Assembly (NCBI GenBank): GCA_034188985.1
Contig: JAXHVT010000023.1
Location: forward strand, 62,005-126,004
DNA length: 64,000 bases
Reading direction: 5' to 3'
Source: Actinomycetota bacterium
GTDB lineage: Bacteria > Actinomycetota > Geothermincolia > Geothermincolales > RBG-13-55-18
Positions 19,974-28,528 of the stretch are shown here, piece by piece (position 1 is the first letter of the stretch; each line of letters begins with the position of its first letter). A program made the position numbers and the translations under genes. The notes under the pieces were generated by a model. It did not search any database. It saw nothing but the letters and a program-made list of their open reading frames with translations, and had not been told where the DNA came from.

Positions 19974-20002
19974 TTTGACGTCCGCATTTGGGAATCTATA
20001 AA
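19974..20002 (+). promoter_or_regulatory. Promoter TTGACG-16nt-TATAAA containing the shared 14-mer TTTGACGTCCGCAT
   Basis: The -35 TTGACG (19975-19980) and -10 TATAAA (19997-20002) lie upstream of the GtrB-like gene. Confidence 0.45.
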
Positions 20003-20058
20003 ATGGGTGGCGAATTTATGAGATATCTAGCGGAATCAGTTGATTAGGGGGTATTTTC

Positions 20059-20919
20059 TTGAAGGTAAGCCTGGTGATACCGGCCTACAACGAGGAAAAG
20101 GCCATCCCCGGCGTCATAAGGGAAGCCGTGGAGGTCTTGGAGGCCAGCCCGTACGAATGGGAGATAGTAGTGGTGGATGACGGATCCAGTGATGGCACCG
20201 CGGATATCGCGGTCTCCTTCCCCGAGGTGAACCTGGTGAGACACCCGTACAACATGGGAGGCGGCAGGGCTCGAAACTCCGGGATCGACAAGGCCACGGG
20301 GGACGTGGTCGTGATAACGGATGGAGATGGCACCTATCCCATGCAGGACATCCCCAGACTGGTGGAGGAGCTGGAAGACTGCGACATGGTCGTCGGGGCC
20401 CGCACCAGGGAGGCGGGGACGATGAAAGCGTTGCGGATCCCCGCCAAGTTCGTTATCCGCAAGCTGGCGGAGTTCATAAGTGGTTCCAAGATTCCGGACC
20501 TGAACTCCGGCATGAGAGCCATGCGCAAGGAGATCATGCTTCCATATTTACACATGCTGCCGCCCGGCCATTCCTGGGTGAGCACCATAACCCTGATTCT
20601 CTTGAACAGCGGTCGCAGCGTCAAATACGTGCCTATCGCCTACTATCCCCGCAAGGGCAAATCGACCTTTCATCCCATAAGGGATACTGGAAGCTATCTC
20701 ATGACCATATTCCGTACAATAACCTGGTTCAGCCCGCTGAAGATATTCCTGCCGCTGGGCCTGCTGCTGCTTCTGGGGGGCTTCGCAAAGCTGATAGCTG
20801 ATTTCGTGCGATATAACTGGTCCGTTACCCCGAGCACGGTGATCCTGCTGTTGGGAGGCTTGCAGATACTCGTTTTGGGCTTGATAGCCGATCTGATCGT
20901 AAAAAGGAGTGGGCCATGA
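20059..20919 (+). CDS. GT2 polyprenyl-phosphate hexose synthase (GtrB/DPM1/ArnC-like) with C-terminal TM helices
   Basis: TTG start. MKVSLVIPAYNEEKAIPGVIRE...VVVDDGSSDGT...VITDGDGTYP plus two C-terminal TM segments is the typical Und-P/Dol-P sugar synthase layout. Confidence 0.8.
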   Translation: MKVSLVIPAYNEEKAIPGVIREAVEVLEASPYEWEIVVVDDGSSDGTADIAVSFPEVNLVRHPYNMGGGRARNSGIDKATGDVVVITDGDGTYPMQDIPRLVEELEDCDMVVGARTREAGTMKALRIPAKFVIRKLAEFISGSKIPDLNSGMRAMRKEIMLPYLHMLPPGHSWVSTITLILLNSGRSVKYVPIAYYPRKGKSTFHPIRDTGSYLMTIFRTITWFSPLKIFLPLGLLLLLGGFAKLIADFVRYNWSVTPSTVILLLGGLQILVLGLIADLIVKRSGP

Positions 20920-21890
20920 GCGATAAAGTACTCATTACCGGAGCGGACGGTTTCGTGGGAAGGCATCTGGCGGCGTATCTTGCCGACGAGGTGGGGACGG
21001 AGGTGTTGGGCCTCGACCTGAAACCGGCCAGGTTCCCCGAGCCCTGGGACAGGTGTGGCTACGGGGAGTGCGACGTTCTGGATCGCGACAAGGTCTTCTC
21101 CTACGTGCATGGATTCAAGCCGGATTACGTGTTCCACCTGGCCGCCCAGAGCTCCGTACGCCTGTCCTGGGAGGAACCCCAGCTCACATACAATATCGCC
21201 CTTACCGGGCAGGCCAACATCTTCGACGCGGTAAGGGATACGGGCAGGGATGCGGTTCTGCACGTAGCCTGCTCGGCCGAGGAATACGGCCGGGTGAGCG
21301 AGGACGATCTCCCCATAACCGAGCGGCAGCCCTTGAGGCCGGCGAGCCCCTATGCCCTGAGCAAGGTGATGCAGTATTACCATGCCGTTTTCAACCACCA
21401 GGCTTACGGTACCCGGGTCGTTATCACCCGAGCCTTCAACCAGACCGGCCCGGGGCAGGCCCCCGAGTTCGTGGTCTCCGACTTCGCCAGGCAGATAGCC
21501 GAGGCGGAGGCGGGCGACAGGACCCCGGTAATAAGGGTGGGCAACCTGGAGGCCAGAAGGGACTTCTCCGACGTGCGCGACCTGGTGGGCGCCTACTGGC
21601 TCCTGGTCCAGAAGGGGAAGCCGGGGGAGGTGTACAACGTATGCTCCGGCTGCGATTATTCCATAAGGGAGATCCTGGACATGCTGCTGTCCCACAGCAA
21701 GGTTCCCATCAGGGTGGAGGTGGACCCCACGCGTATGCGCAAGGCGGATATCCCCGTTCTGAAGGGGGACAACACCAAGATGAGGGAGCTGGTGGACTGG
21801 GCCCCGGTGTGCGCCCTGGACAGGACCCTGGAGGATGTACTGGAATGGTGGCGGGAGGAGATACGGTCGAGGAAGGAAGGCGGCAAATAG
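20916..21890 (+). CDS. NAD(P)-dependent extended SDR, GDP-4-keto-6-deoxy-D-mannose reductase (Rmd)-like
   Basis: ITGADGFVGRHL and a YxxxK motif (YALSK). Homologous to the gmd-like gene downstream (shared FN.TGP....FV...F.RQ.A block). ATGA overlap with the upstream stop. Confidence 0.65.
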   Translation: MSDKVLITGADGFVGRHLAAYLADEVGTEVLGLDLKPARFPEPWDRCGYGECDVLDRDKVFSYVHGFKPDYVFHLAAQSSVRLSWEEPQLTYNIALTGQANIFDAVRDTGRDAVLHVACSAEEYGRVSEDDLPITERQPLRPASPYALSKVMQYYHAVFNHQAYGTRVVITRAFNQTGPGQAPEFVVSDFARQIAEAEAGDRTPVIRVGNLEARRDFSDVRDLVGAYWLLVQKGKPGEVYNVCSGCDYSIREILDMLLSHSKVPIRVEVDPTRMRKADIPVLKGDNTKMRELVDWAPVCALDRTLEDVLEWWREEIRSRKEGGK

Positions 21891-21994
21891 CCCGCGGGGC
21901 ACGGCGCGTCCGGACCGGAGGCCCGCCGCCTGTAGACCGGGATGGAGAGCACCTACGACGGCGGAGAGGCGGAGACTGATACGGAGGTCTATAA

Positions 21995-23107
21995 ATGCAG
22001 GCTGTGATACTGGTAGGGGGGCAGGGAACGCGGCTGAGGCCGCTCACTCTGACCGTCCCCAAACCCATGCTGCCCCTGATGAACAGACCCTTTCTCGAGT
22101 TCCAGGTCCAGCTGTGCCTGCGGCACGGCATCTCCGACATCATTATGAGCACGGCCTACCTGCCAGAGGTCTTCGAGGAGCATTTCGGGGACGGCAGCGG
22201 CCTGGGGGCGAAGATGACCTACGTCACCGAGGACGAGCCCCTGGATACGTGCGGCGCGGTCAAGAACGTGGAGGAGTATATCAAGGGCCCTTTCCTGGTG
22301 TTCAACGGTGATATCCTGACCGATCTCGACCTGACCAACCTTATCGCCTATCACCGCGAGAAGGGCTCGAAAGCCACCATCTCGCTGACCAGGGTGGAGG
22401 ATCCCACCGCCTACGGACTGGTGCCCCTGGACCGGTCCGGGCGTATAAATGAGTTTCTGGAGAAGCCGAGCTGGGAACAGGTGGTCACCGACCTGATCAA
22501 CGCCGGGACCTACGTGATGGAACCCGAGCTCCTGGACAGAGTGCCGCGAGGTGAGCGCTACTCCTTCGAGCGGCAGCTTTTTCCCCAGCTGCTGGAGGAC
22601 GGGGTGCCCATGTACGGCTTCGCAACCGATGCCTACTGGATGGACATCGGCACGCCGGCCAAGTACCTGCAGGCGCATTACGACATACTGGGCCGGATGA
22701 TCCCCTTCGATTTCGCGGGAGACGAGATAAAGCCCTCGGTCTGGGCGGAGGAGGGGGCGGAGATATCCCCCGAGGCCTCCGTTTTCGGCCCCACCATAAT
22801 CGGCTCCGGATGCCGTATAGCTCCCCATGCCATCGTATCCAGCCGATGTGTATTGGGTCCCGATTGCGAGCTGGGTGAGGGCGTGCACGCGGAGGGGGTG
22901 GTGATGCACTCCGGCTGCAAGGTGGGAGAGGAGAGCGTATTGAGCCGCTGCGTCATCTCCAGCGACGTGGAGATCGAGGAGAAGGTACACGTCGCCGATC
23001 AGTCCGTGCTGGGCGGGAGAGTAGTGGTGGAGAGGGAAAACGACCTGAAATGCGGCATCAGGGTATGGCCGGAGGCCCATATCCCGCCCTCCACATTGCA
23101 CTTCTAG
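21995..23107 (+). CDS. manC: Mannose-1-phosphate guanylyltransferase (NDP-sugar pyrophosphorylase with LbH C-domain)
   Basis: MQAVILVGGQGTRLRPLT...PKPMLPL... N-terminal NTP-transferase signature, plus C-terminal hexapeptide repeats. Confidence 0.8.
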   Translation: MQAVILVGGQGTRLRPLTLTVPKPMLPLMNRPFLEFQVQLCLRHGISDIIMSTAYLPEVFEEHFGDGSGLGAKMTYVTEDEPLDTCGAVKNVEEYIKGPFLVFNGDILTDLDLTNLIAYHREKGSKATISLTRVEDPTAYGLVPLDRSGRINEFLEKPSWEQVVTDLINAGTYVMEPELLDRVPRGERYSFERQLFPQLLEDGVPMYGFATDAYWMDIGTPAKYLQAHYDILGRMIPFDFAGDEIKPSVWAEEGAEISPEASVFGPTIIGSGCRIAPHAIVSSRCVLGPDCELGEGVHAEGVVMHSGCKVGEESVLSRCVISSDVEIEEKVHVADQSVLGGRVVVERENDLKCGIRVWPEAHIPPSTLHF

Positions 23108-23196
23108 CGGGCTCTGGAAAAAGAGGCGGTTTACAGTCATAATATTACGGATGATGTAAGAGACTGCGTATTGATACGCCGACAAAGGAGGAAGGC

Positions 23197-24150
23197 TTGC
23201 GGATTCTTATAACGGGAATAACCGGCTTTGTGGGCAGCCATCTGGCGGAATATACTTTTAGCAAGGACGGCGTAGAGGTTTACGGGACCGTCCGCTGGAG
23301 ATCCCGTATGGAGAACGTCGAGCATATCCTGGACCGGATTAATCTCGTCGACTGCGACCTGCGCGATGCCGCGGCGGTCAGGAACACTCTGGACGAGGTG
23401 AGGCCGGATTTTATCTTTCACCTGGCGGCGCAGAGCTTCGTGCCCACCTCCTGGAAGGCGCCGGAGGAGACCCTGACCACCAACATCATCTCCGAGCTGC
23501 ACCTGCTGGAGGCCATGCGCGAGTCGAAGCTGGATTGCCGCATACAGGTGGCAGGCTCCAGCGAGGAATACGGCCTGGTACGCGAGGAAGAAGCCCCGAT
23601 TACCGAGGACAACCCGCTGCGGCCTTTGTCCCCCTACGCGGTGAGCAAGGTGGCCCAGGACTTGCTGGCTTACCAGTACCATAAGAGTTACGGCCTCTTT
23701 ACCGTGCGCACCCGCGCCTTCAACCACACCGGCCCCAGGCGTGGACACGTCTTCGTCACCAGCAACTTCACCCGCCAGGTGGCCATGATAGAGCGGGGAA
23801 AGAAAGAACCGGTTATCGAGGTGGGCAACCTGGAGGCCAGGAGGGACTTCACGGACGTCAGGGACATCGTGCGCGCCTACTGGCTCAGCCTGGAGAAGGG
23901 GGAGCCGGGGGAGGTATATAATATCGGCTCCGGCAAGGCCATCACCATCCGGGAGCTCCTGGACCTCATCCTCTCCATGACCGACGTGGAGATAGAGGTG
24001 AGACAGGACCCCGCGCGCATGCGACCCTCGGACGTCATGCTCCTGCTCACCGACTACGGCAAGTTCAACAGGGCCACGGGATGGAAGCCCGAGATACCCC
24101 TGGATAAAACGGTCGGGGACCTCCTCGACTACTGGCGCGAGAGGGTCTGA
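23197..24150 (+). CDS. gmd: GDP-mannose 4,6-dehydratase (short form)
   Basis: TTG start. ITGITGFVGSHL...VRWRSRMENVEHI...FNHTGPRRGHVFVTSNFTRQVA matches the Gmd block [22 protein letters not shown]. Confidence 0.7.
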   Translation: MRILITGITGFVGSHLAEYTFSKDGVEVYGTVRWRSRMENVEHILDRINLVDCDLRDAAAVRNTLDEVRPDFIFHLAAQSFVPTSWKAPEETLTTNIISELHLLEAMRESKLDCRIQVAGSSEEYGLVREEEAPITEDNPLRPLSPYAVSKVAQDLLAYQYHKSYGLFTVRTRAFNHTGPRRGHVFVTSNFTRQVAMIERGKKEPVIEVGNLEARRDFTDVRDIVRAYWLSLEKGEPGEVYNIGSGKAITIRELLDLILSMTDVEIEVRQDPARMRPSDVMLLLTDYGKFNRATGWKPEIPLDKTVGDLLDYWRERV

Positions 24151-24363
24151 CCCCGTCCCGTACGGCCCGGCGCGGTTTAATAAGCCGGGTAAGCCGCTCG
24201 CTTACGATTGATTCTATATGGAGCATATGCGAACTGGACTCTGTTCCTTTACCGCCGAGCACTCCGCAGATGTGACGGGCCAGGGATTGTTCCTCGAGGT
24301 CAGGCGCCATACTTCGATGACGGCGGGACCGGATCGGCCCCCGTGATGTCCCCCCGTAGATAC

Positions 24364-26988
24364 CTACTCGCTGGGAGTGTATATCTGTTCGTCCTCGCTC
24401 CAGGCCTCGTACCAGCCGGAGTCGTAGCCCTCGCGGTAGCCGTCGATGTAGCCGAAGATGTATTCCTCGTTGGGGCCTACGGCGTCGAAGGGTTCCGAGT
24501 AATAGGGCGTCCCTGCGTAGTAGTCGCTGTACCCCATGCTATGTCCCTCCGCGAACCCCGTGTTGTAGCCGTAGTCGTAATCGGTCATGGTCCAGCCGTC
24601 GTCCTGCGGCACGGGGGCCGGCTCGGGCTGTGGTGCCGGGGCCTCCGGCTGGGGCTTCGCCGGCTGCGGTTCCGGCTCGGGCTGTGGCTCCTCCCCAGTC
24701 TCTTCCTCCTCCCCGTCCGGCTCCTCCCAGGCTACGGCCATCGTCTCCGGATTGACGGCCGTAATCCCCTCGCCGTCGGTCTTGAGCAGCCAGGCGTCTC
24801 TCATGCCGCTGCCGAAGGATACGGTATAGCCGGCCAGGATATAACCGCCATCCGGTGTCTGCCGCAGGGAATTGAAGCCGTCCTCGTAATCCCCCCCATA
24901 AACCTCGCTCCACATGTACTCACCGTCGCCGTCGGTTTTCACCAGCCAGCCGTCGCCGCCCTCGCCGTAGGAATCGCTCTGGCCGGCGAGAGCGTATCCA
25001 CCATCCGACGTCTGCACTACGCTTTTCGCGCTGTCGCTTTCCGGCCCGCCGTAATTACGGCTCCACAACTCGTTGCCGTCGTCGTCGGTCTTGACTATCC
25101 AGGCATCCCTGCCTTCCCCCATGGAGTCGGTATAACCCGCCAGGATATAGCCGCCGTCGGAGGTCTGTTGAAGCGAGCTGGCCAGATCCGATTTAGTGCC
25201 ACCGTAGGTATGGCTCCAGAGCTGGGTTCCCTCGGAGTCGGTTTTCACCAGCCAGGCGTCCCTCATATCACTGTCGGAGGATTGGGTATAGCCCGCCATG
25301 GCGTAACCTCCGTCGGAGGTCTGAACGGCGGTGGAGAAACGGTCGGTATTCTCCCCGCCGTAGTCCTGCCTCCAGAGCTCCTCGCCGTCCACGTCGGTCT
25401 TTATCAGGAAGCCGTCCCCGGCCTTGTCGGAGGACTCGGTATAGCCCGCCAGGATATAGCCGCCGCCGGAGGTCTGTTGGACCGAATTGGAGAGATAGGC
25501 CACCTCGCCACCGTAGGTCCGATCCCAGAATTGGGATCCCCGGGAATCGACCTTGATCATCCTGGCGTCGTTCTCCCCGCCCGAGGAGGGCGGCGTGAAG
25601 ACAGCGACGGCATACCCGCCGTCGGAGGTCTGCTGGACGGAGGTGGCGGCGTCGTCTTTCTCCCCGCCACAGGCGCTGTCCCATACCAGGTTGCCCTGCG
25701 CGTCCGTCTTGACCACCAGGGCATCGCTTTTGCCGGAGTCGGAGGAGAGCGCTTTACCGCCCAGTATGTATCCGCCGTCCGCTGTTTCCCCCACCGACAT
25801 GAAGGCATCGTCCAGCTTCCCGCCGAAGACCTTCTGGAAAGTGATCGTGGCCCCTCCGTCTCCCTTGAACGCGAAAACCAGGCCGATCGCCGCTCCGCCG
25901 GCGATCAACAGGGAGAGGACCACGACGAGCCACAGCTTGCCGCGTTTCCTGGCGGGTTTCTCCAGCCCCGGGATACCGGGGGCCGTCATCTCACCGGCGG
26001 CGGCGGCCGATACGGCCTGGTCGGGGGGCAGTCCGGGAGCCGCCGGTGCGGCCGTTATCGCCGTCGTTTCCACGCCGACTTGCGGCAGTGGAGCCTGCGT
26101 CTTGATGGTAGGCGGGGAAGGGGGCGGTACCACGACCGTGGGAGGAGAAACGGCCGCCGCGGTCTCCGGGGAGGCCTTTATTTTCTCGAGGTCCTCTTTC
26201 ATCTCCCGGATATCCTGGTAGCGGTCCTCCTTCTTCTTGGCAAGGGTCCTGTCGACGACCGCCTGCAGGTGGGAGGGCAGGGAGGAATCGTGATCGCTTA
26301 AGGGCCGCGGTTGGTCGTGGACTACCTTATACATGGCCGAGGGGAGGCTGTCGGACAGAAAGGGATTGACGCCGGTGAGCATCTCGTAAAGGAGCGCGCC
26401 GGTGGAGAAGATGTCGGTGCGCCAGTCGGTCTTCTCGCCCCGTACTTGCTCGGGGCTCATGTAACCCGGGCTGCCCATAACCGTGCCAACCCTGGTCATG
26501 GTGGAGGAGCTCATGATGCGGGCGATGCCGAAGTCGGTTATCTTGGCCCGCCCGTCGAAGAGAAGGAAGATGTTGTCCGGCTTGACGTCACGGTGGGCTA
26601 TGTCGTGGTCGTGGGCATAGGCCAGGGCATCGCATATCTGGCAGGCGATGTCCATGGCGCGCTCGGGCTCCATGGCGCCTTCCTGCAGGGCCTTGTGGAG
26701 GGTGATGCCCTCCAGGAACTCCATGACGATGAAAGGGGTGCCGTCTGCCTTCTCCACCCCGTACACAGTAACGATATTGGGGTGGGAAAGTCCGCCCGCC
26801 GCCTGGGCCTCGCGCGTGAAGCGCTCGAAGGCATCCTCTATCTCCTCCGGGCTGAGGCCGTCGGGAAGGACGAGTTCCTTCACGGCCACGTTGCGTTTGA
26901 TGACCTCGTCGTAGGAGAGATAAACACGGCCCATAGCGCCGCGCCCTATCTCCCTGAGCACGCTGTAGTTGCCGATATTCTCGCGCAT
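24364..26988 (-). CDS. Ser/Thr protein kinase with TM helix and 7-repeat beta-propeller-like extracellular domain
   Basis: Hanks kinase motifs (VAVKEL, HRDVKPDNIF, DFGIA, SPGYMSPE). It has a Pro-rich linker, one TM (LWLVVVLSLLIAGGAAIGLVFAF), and seven ~48-aa repeats (..QTSDGGYILAGYT...DAWLVKTD..G..LW..TYGG). The tail is acidic Pro-rich, then Tyr/Gly-rich. Confidence 0.8.
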   Translation of the reverse strand: MRENIGNYSVLREIGRGAMGRVYLSYDEVIKRNVAVKELVLPDGLSPEEIEDAFERFTREAQAAGGLSHPNIVTVYGVEKADGTPFIVMEFLEGITLHKALQEGAMEPERAMDIACQICDALAYAHDHDIAHRDVKPDNIFLLFDGRAKITDFGIARIMSSSTMTRVGTVMGSPGYMSPEQVRGEKTDWRTDIFSTGALLYEMLTGVNPFLSDSLPSAMYKVVHDQPRPLSDHDSSLPSHLQAVVDRTLAKKKEDRYQDIREMKEDLEKIKASPETAAAVSPPTVVVPPPSPPTIKTQAPLPQVGVETTAITAAPAAPGLPPDQAVSAAAAGEMTAPGIPGLEKPARKRGKLWLVVVLSLLIAGGAAIGLVFAFKGDGGATITFQKVFGGKLDDAFMSVGETADGGYILGGKALSSDSGKSDALVVKTDAQGNLVWDSACGGEKDDAATSVQQTSDGGYAVAVFTPPSSGGENDARMIKVDSRGSQFWDRTYGGEVAYLSNSVQQTSGGGYILAGYTESSDKAGDGFLIKTDVDGEELWRQDYGGENTDRFSTAVQTSDGGYAMAGYTQSSDSDMRDAWLVKTDSEGTQLWSHTYGGTKSDLASSLQQTSDGGYILAGYTDSMGEGRDAWIVKTDDDGNELWSRNYGGPESDSAKSVVQTSDGGYALAGQSDSYGEGGDGWLVKTDGDGEYMWSEVYGGDYEDGFNSLRQTPDGGYILAGYTVSFGSGMRDAWLLKTDGEGITAVNPETMAVAWEEPDGEEEETGEEPQPEPEPQPAKPQPEAPAPQPEPAPVPQDDGWTMTDYDYGYNTGFAEGHSMGYSDYYAGTPYYSEPFDAVGPNEEYIFGYIDGYREGYDSGWYEAWSEDEQIYTPSE
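24756..25851. repeat. Intragenic tandem repeat (~144-nt units x7) encoding the kinase ectodomain blades
   Basis: Periodic protein repeat seen directly. It also creates the long spurious antisense ORF 24208-26301. Confidence 0.6.
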
Positions 26989-27149
26989 ATCTCACCCCGT
27001 CGCTCCATACTCCCCGTTTATCGACGTTTGTCGATTATGATATCACGAGGGGGACCTTAAGGTCGTAGGCGGGGGTTTCTTGAGATAGTCGGGCCGTGGA
27101 ATTATACTTCTAGGGATATGGACGAGAGGGATAAACCAAGGAGTGTGAT

Positions 27150-28406
27150 ATGGATTACGATGTGAGATACCTGGGTAAGGCCGATGAGGGAAGGCTAAGG
27201 ACAGAGTGGGCGGAACGGGACATGCCCGTAATGCGCATGATAAAGGAGCGCTTCGAGCGAGAGAAGCCCCTGGAGGGCGTGAAGGTGGGAGCGTGCCTTC
27301 ACGTCACCACGGAGACCGCCAACCTGGCCATAACCCTGAAGGCGGGAGGGGCCCAGGTGGCCCTTTGCGCTTCGAACCCGCTTTCCACCCAGGACGACGT
27401 GGCGGCCTCGCTGGTCAAGCACAGTGAGATACCGGTTTTTGCCATCAAGGGGGAGGATAACGATACCTACTACGAGCATATAAACGCCGTTCTGGACAGC
27501 TCGCCCCAGATGACCCTGGACGACGGCGCGGACCTCATATCCACCCTGCACGCGGACAGAGAGGATCAGGCCCGGCAGGTGTGGGCAGGGGCGGAGGAGA
27601 CCACCACCGGCGTCATCCGCTTGAGGAGCATGGCTGAAAAGGGGGTGCTTCTCTACCCGGTTATCGCGGTGAATAACGCCATGACCAAGCATCTCTTTGA
27701 CAACCGCTTCGGCACCGGGCAGTCCACCCTGGATGGCATAATGCGCGCCACCAACGTCCTGTTCGCGGGAAGGCGGGTGGTGGTATGCGGTTACGGAATG
27801 TGCGGCAGGGGGGTGGCGTCCCGGGTGCGCGGGCTGGGGGCCAACGTCACAGTGGTGGAGGCCGAGCCGCTGAAGGCGCTGGAGGCCGTCATGGAGGGCT
27901 TCGATGTCTGCGGAGGCCTGGCCGCGGCGGAGAAGGGAGATATCTTTATAACCGTGACCGGGGATATCCACGTCCTGAGGCGTGAGCATTTCGAGAGGAT
28001 GAAGGACGGGGCCATAATGTCGAACTCCGGCCATTTCAACGTGGAGATAGATATCCCGGTCCTGGAGGAGATGGCCAAATCCAAACGCAGGGTGAGGGAG
28101 AACGTCGAGGAATTCGTCATGCCCGACGGCAGAAAGCTCTACCTGCTGGCCGAGGGAAGGCTGGTCAACCTGGCATCCGCTGAAGGCCATCCCGCCTCGG
28201 TTATGGACATGAGCTTCGCCAACCAGGCCCTTTGCGTGGAGTACGTCAAGGATCAGCACAAGTCGCTCGACCGGGTTGTATACGACGTGCCCGAGAAGGT
28301 GGACTCGGAGATAGCGCGCCTGAAACTGGAGAGCATGGGCATAGAGATAGACGATCTCACCGAGGAGCAGGACGAATACCTGCACTCCTGGGAGATGGGT
28401 ACCTAG
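27150..28406 (+). CDS. ahcY: Adenosylhomocysteinase
   Basis: The 418-aa protein matches SAH hydrolase throughout, including the NAD-binding segment GYGMCGRGVASRVRGLGANVTVVE and the downstream HFNVEID motif. Confidence 0.9.
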   Translation: MDYDVRYLGKADEGRLRTEWAERDMPVMRMIKERFEREKPLEGVKVGACLHVTTETANLAITLKAGGAQVALCASNPLSTQDDVAASLVKHSEIPVFAIKGEDNDTYYEHINAVLDSSPQMTLDDGADLISTLHADREDQARQVWAGAEETTTGVIRLRSMAEKGVLLYPVIAVNNAMTKHLFDNRFGTGQSTLDGIMRATNVLFAGRRVVVCGYGMCGRGVASRVRGLGANVTVVEAEPLKALEAVMEGFDVCGGLAAAEKGDIFITVTGDIHVLRREHFERMKDGAIMSNSGHFNVEIDIPVLEEMAKSKRRVRENVEEFVMPDGRKLYLLAEGRLVNLASAEGHPASVMDMSFANQALCVEYVKDQHKSLDRVVYDVPEKVDSEIARLKLESMGIEIDDLTEEQDEYLHSWEMGT

Positions 28407-28528
28407 CTGCCGGAAACGGCCCGGGAGCGTAATCGTAGGGGCTCAACACCGTTGAGCCCGCAAGCAGCGAGGCCGGACAGTGGCTGGCGTCCATAAAGGC
28501 GCCGTTAGAGGAGTGACATCATAATCCC

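Noticed and set aside
20694-23185. 402-aa and 398-aa minus-strand ORFs
   Set aside because: Antisense to the rmd-like/manC genes, which carry clear SDR and nucleotidyltransferase motifs.
24208-26301. 697-aa plus-strand ORF
   Set aside because: Antisense to the Ser/Thr kinase repeat region. Gly/Arg/Val-rich low-complexity translation typical of high-GC antisense frames. No SD.
27195-28385. 396-aa minus-strand ORF
   Set aside because: Antisense to ahcY, whose protein matches SAH hydrolase end to end.
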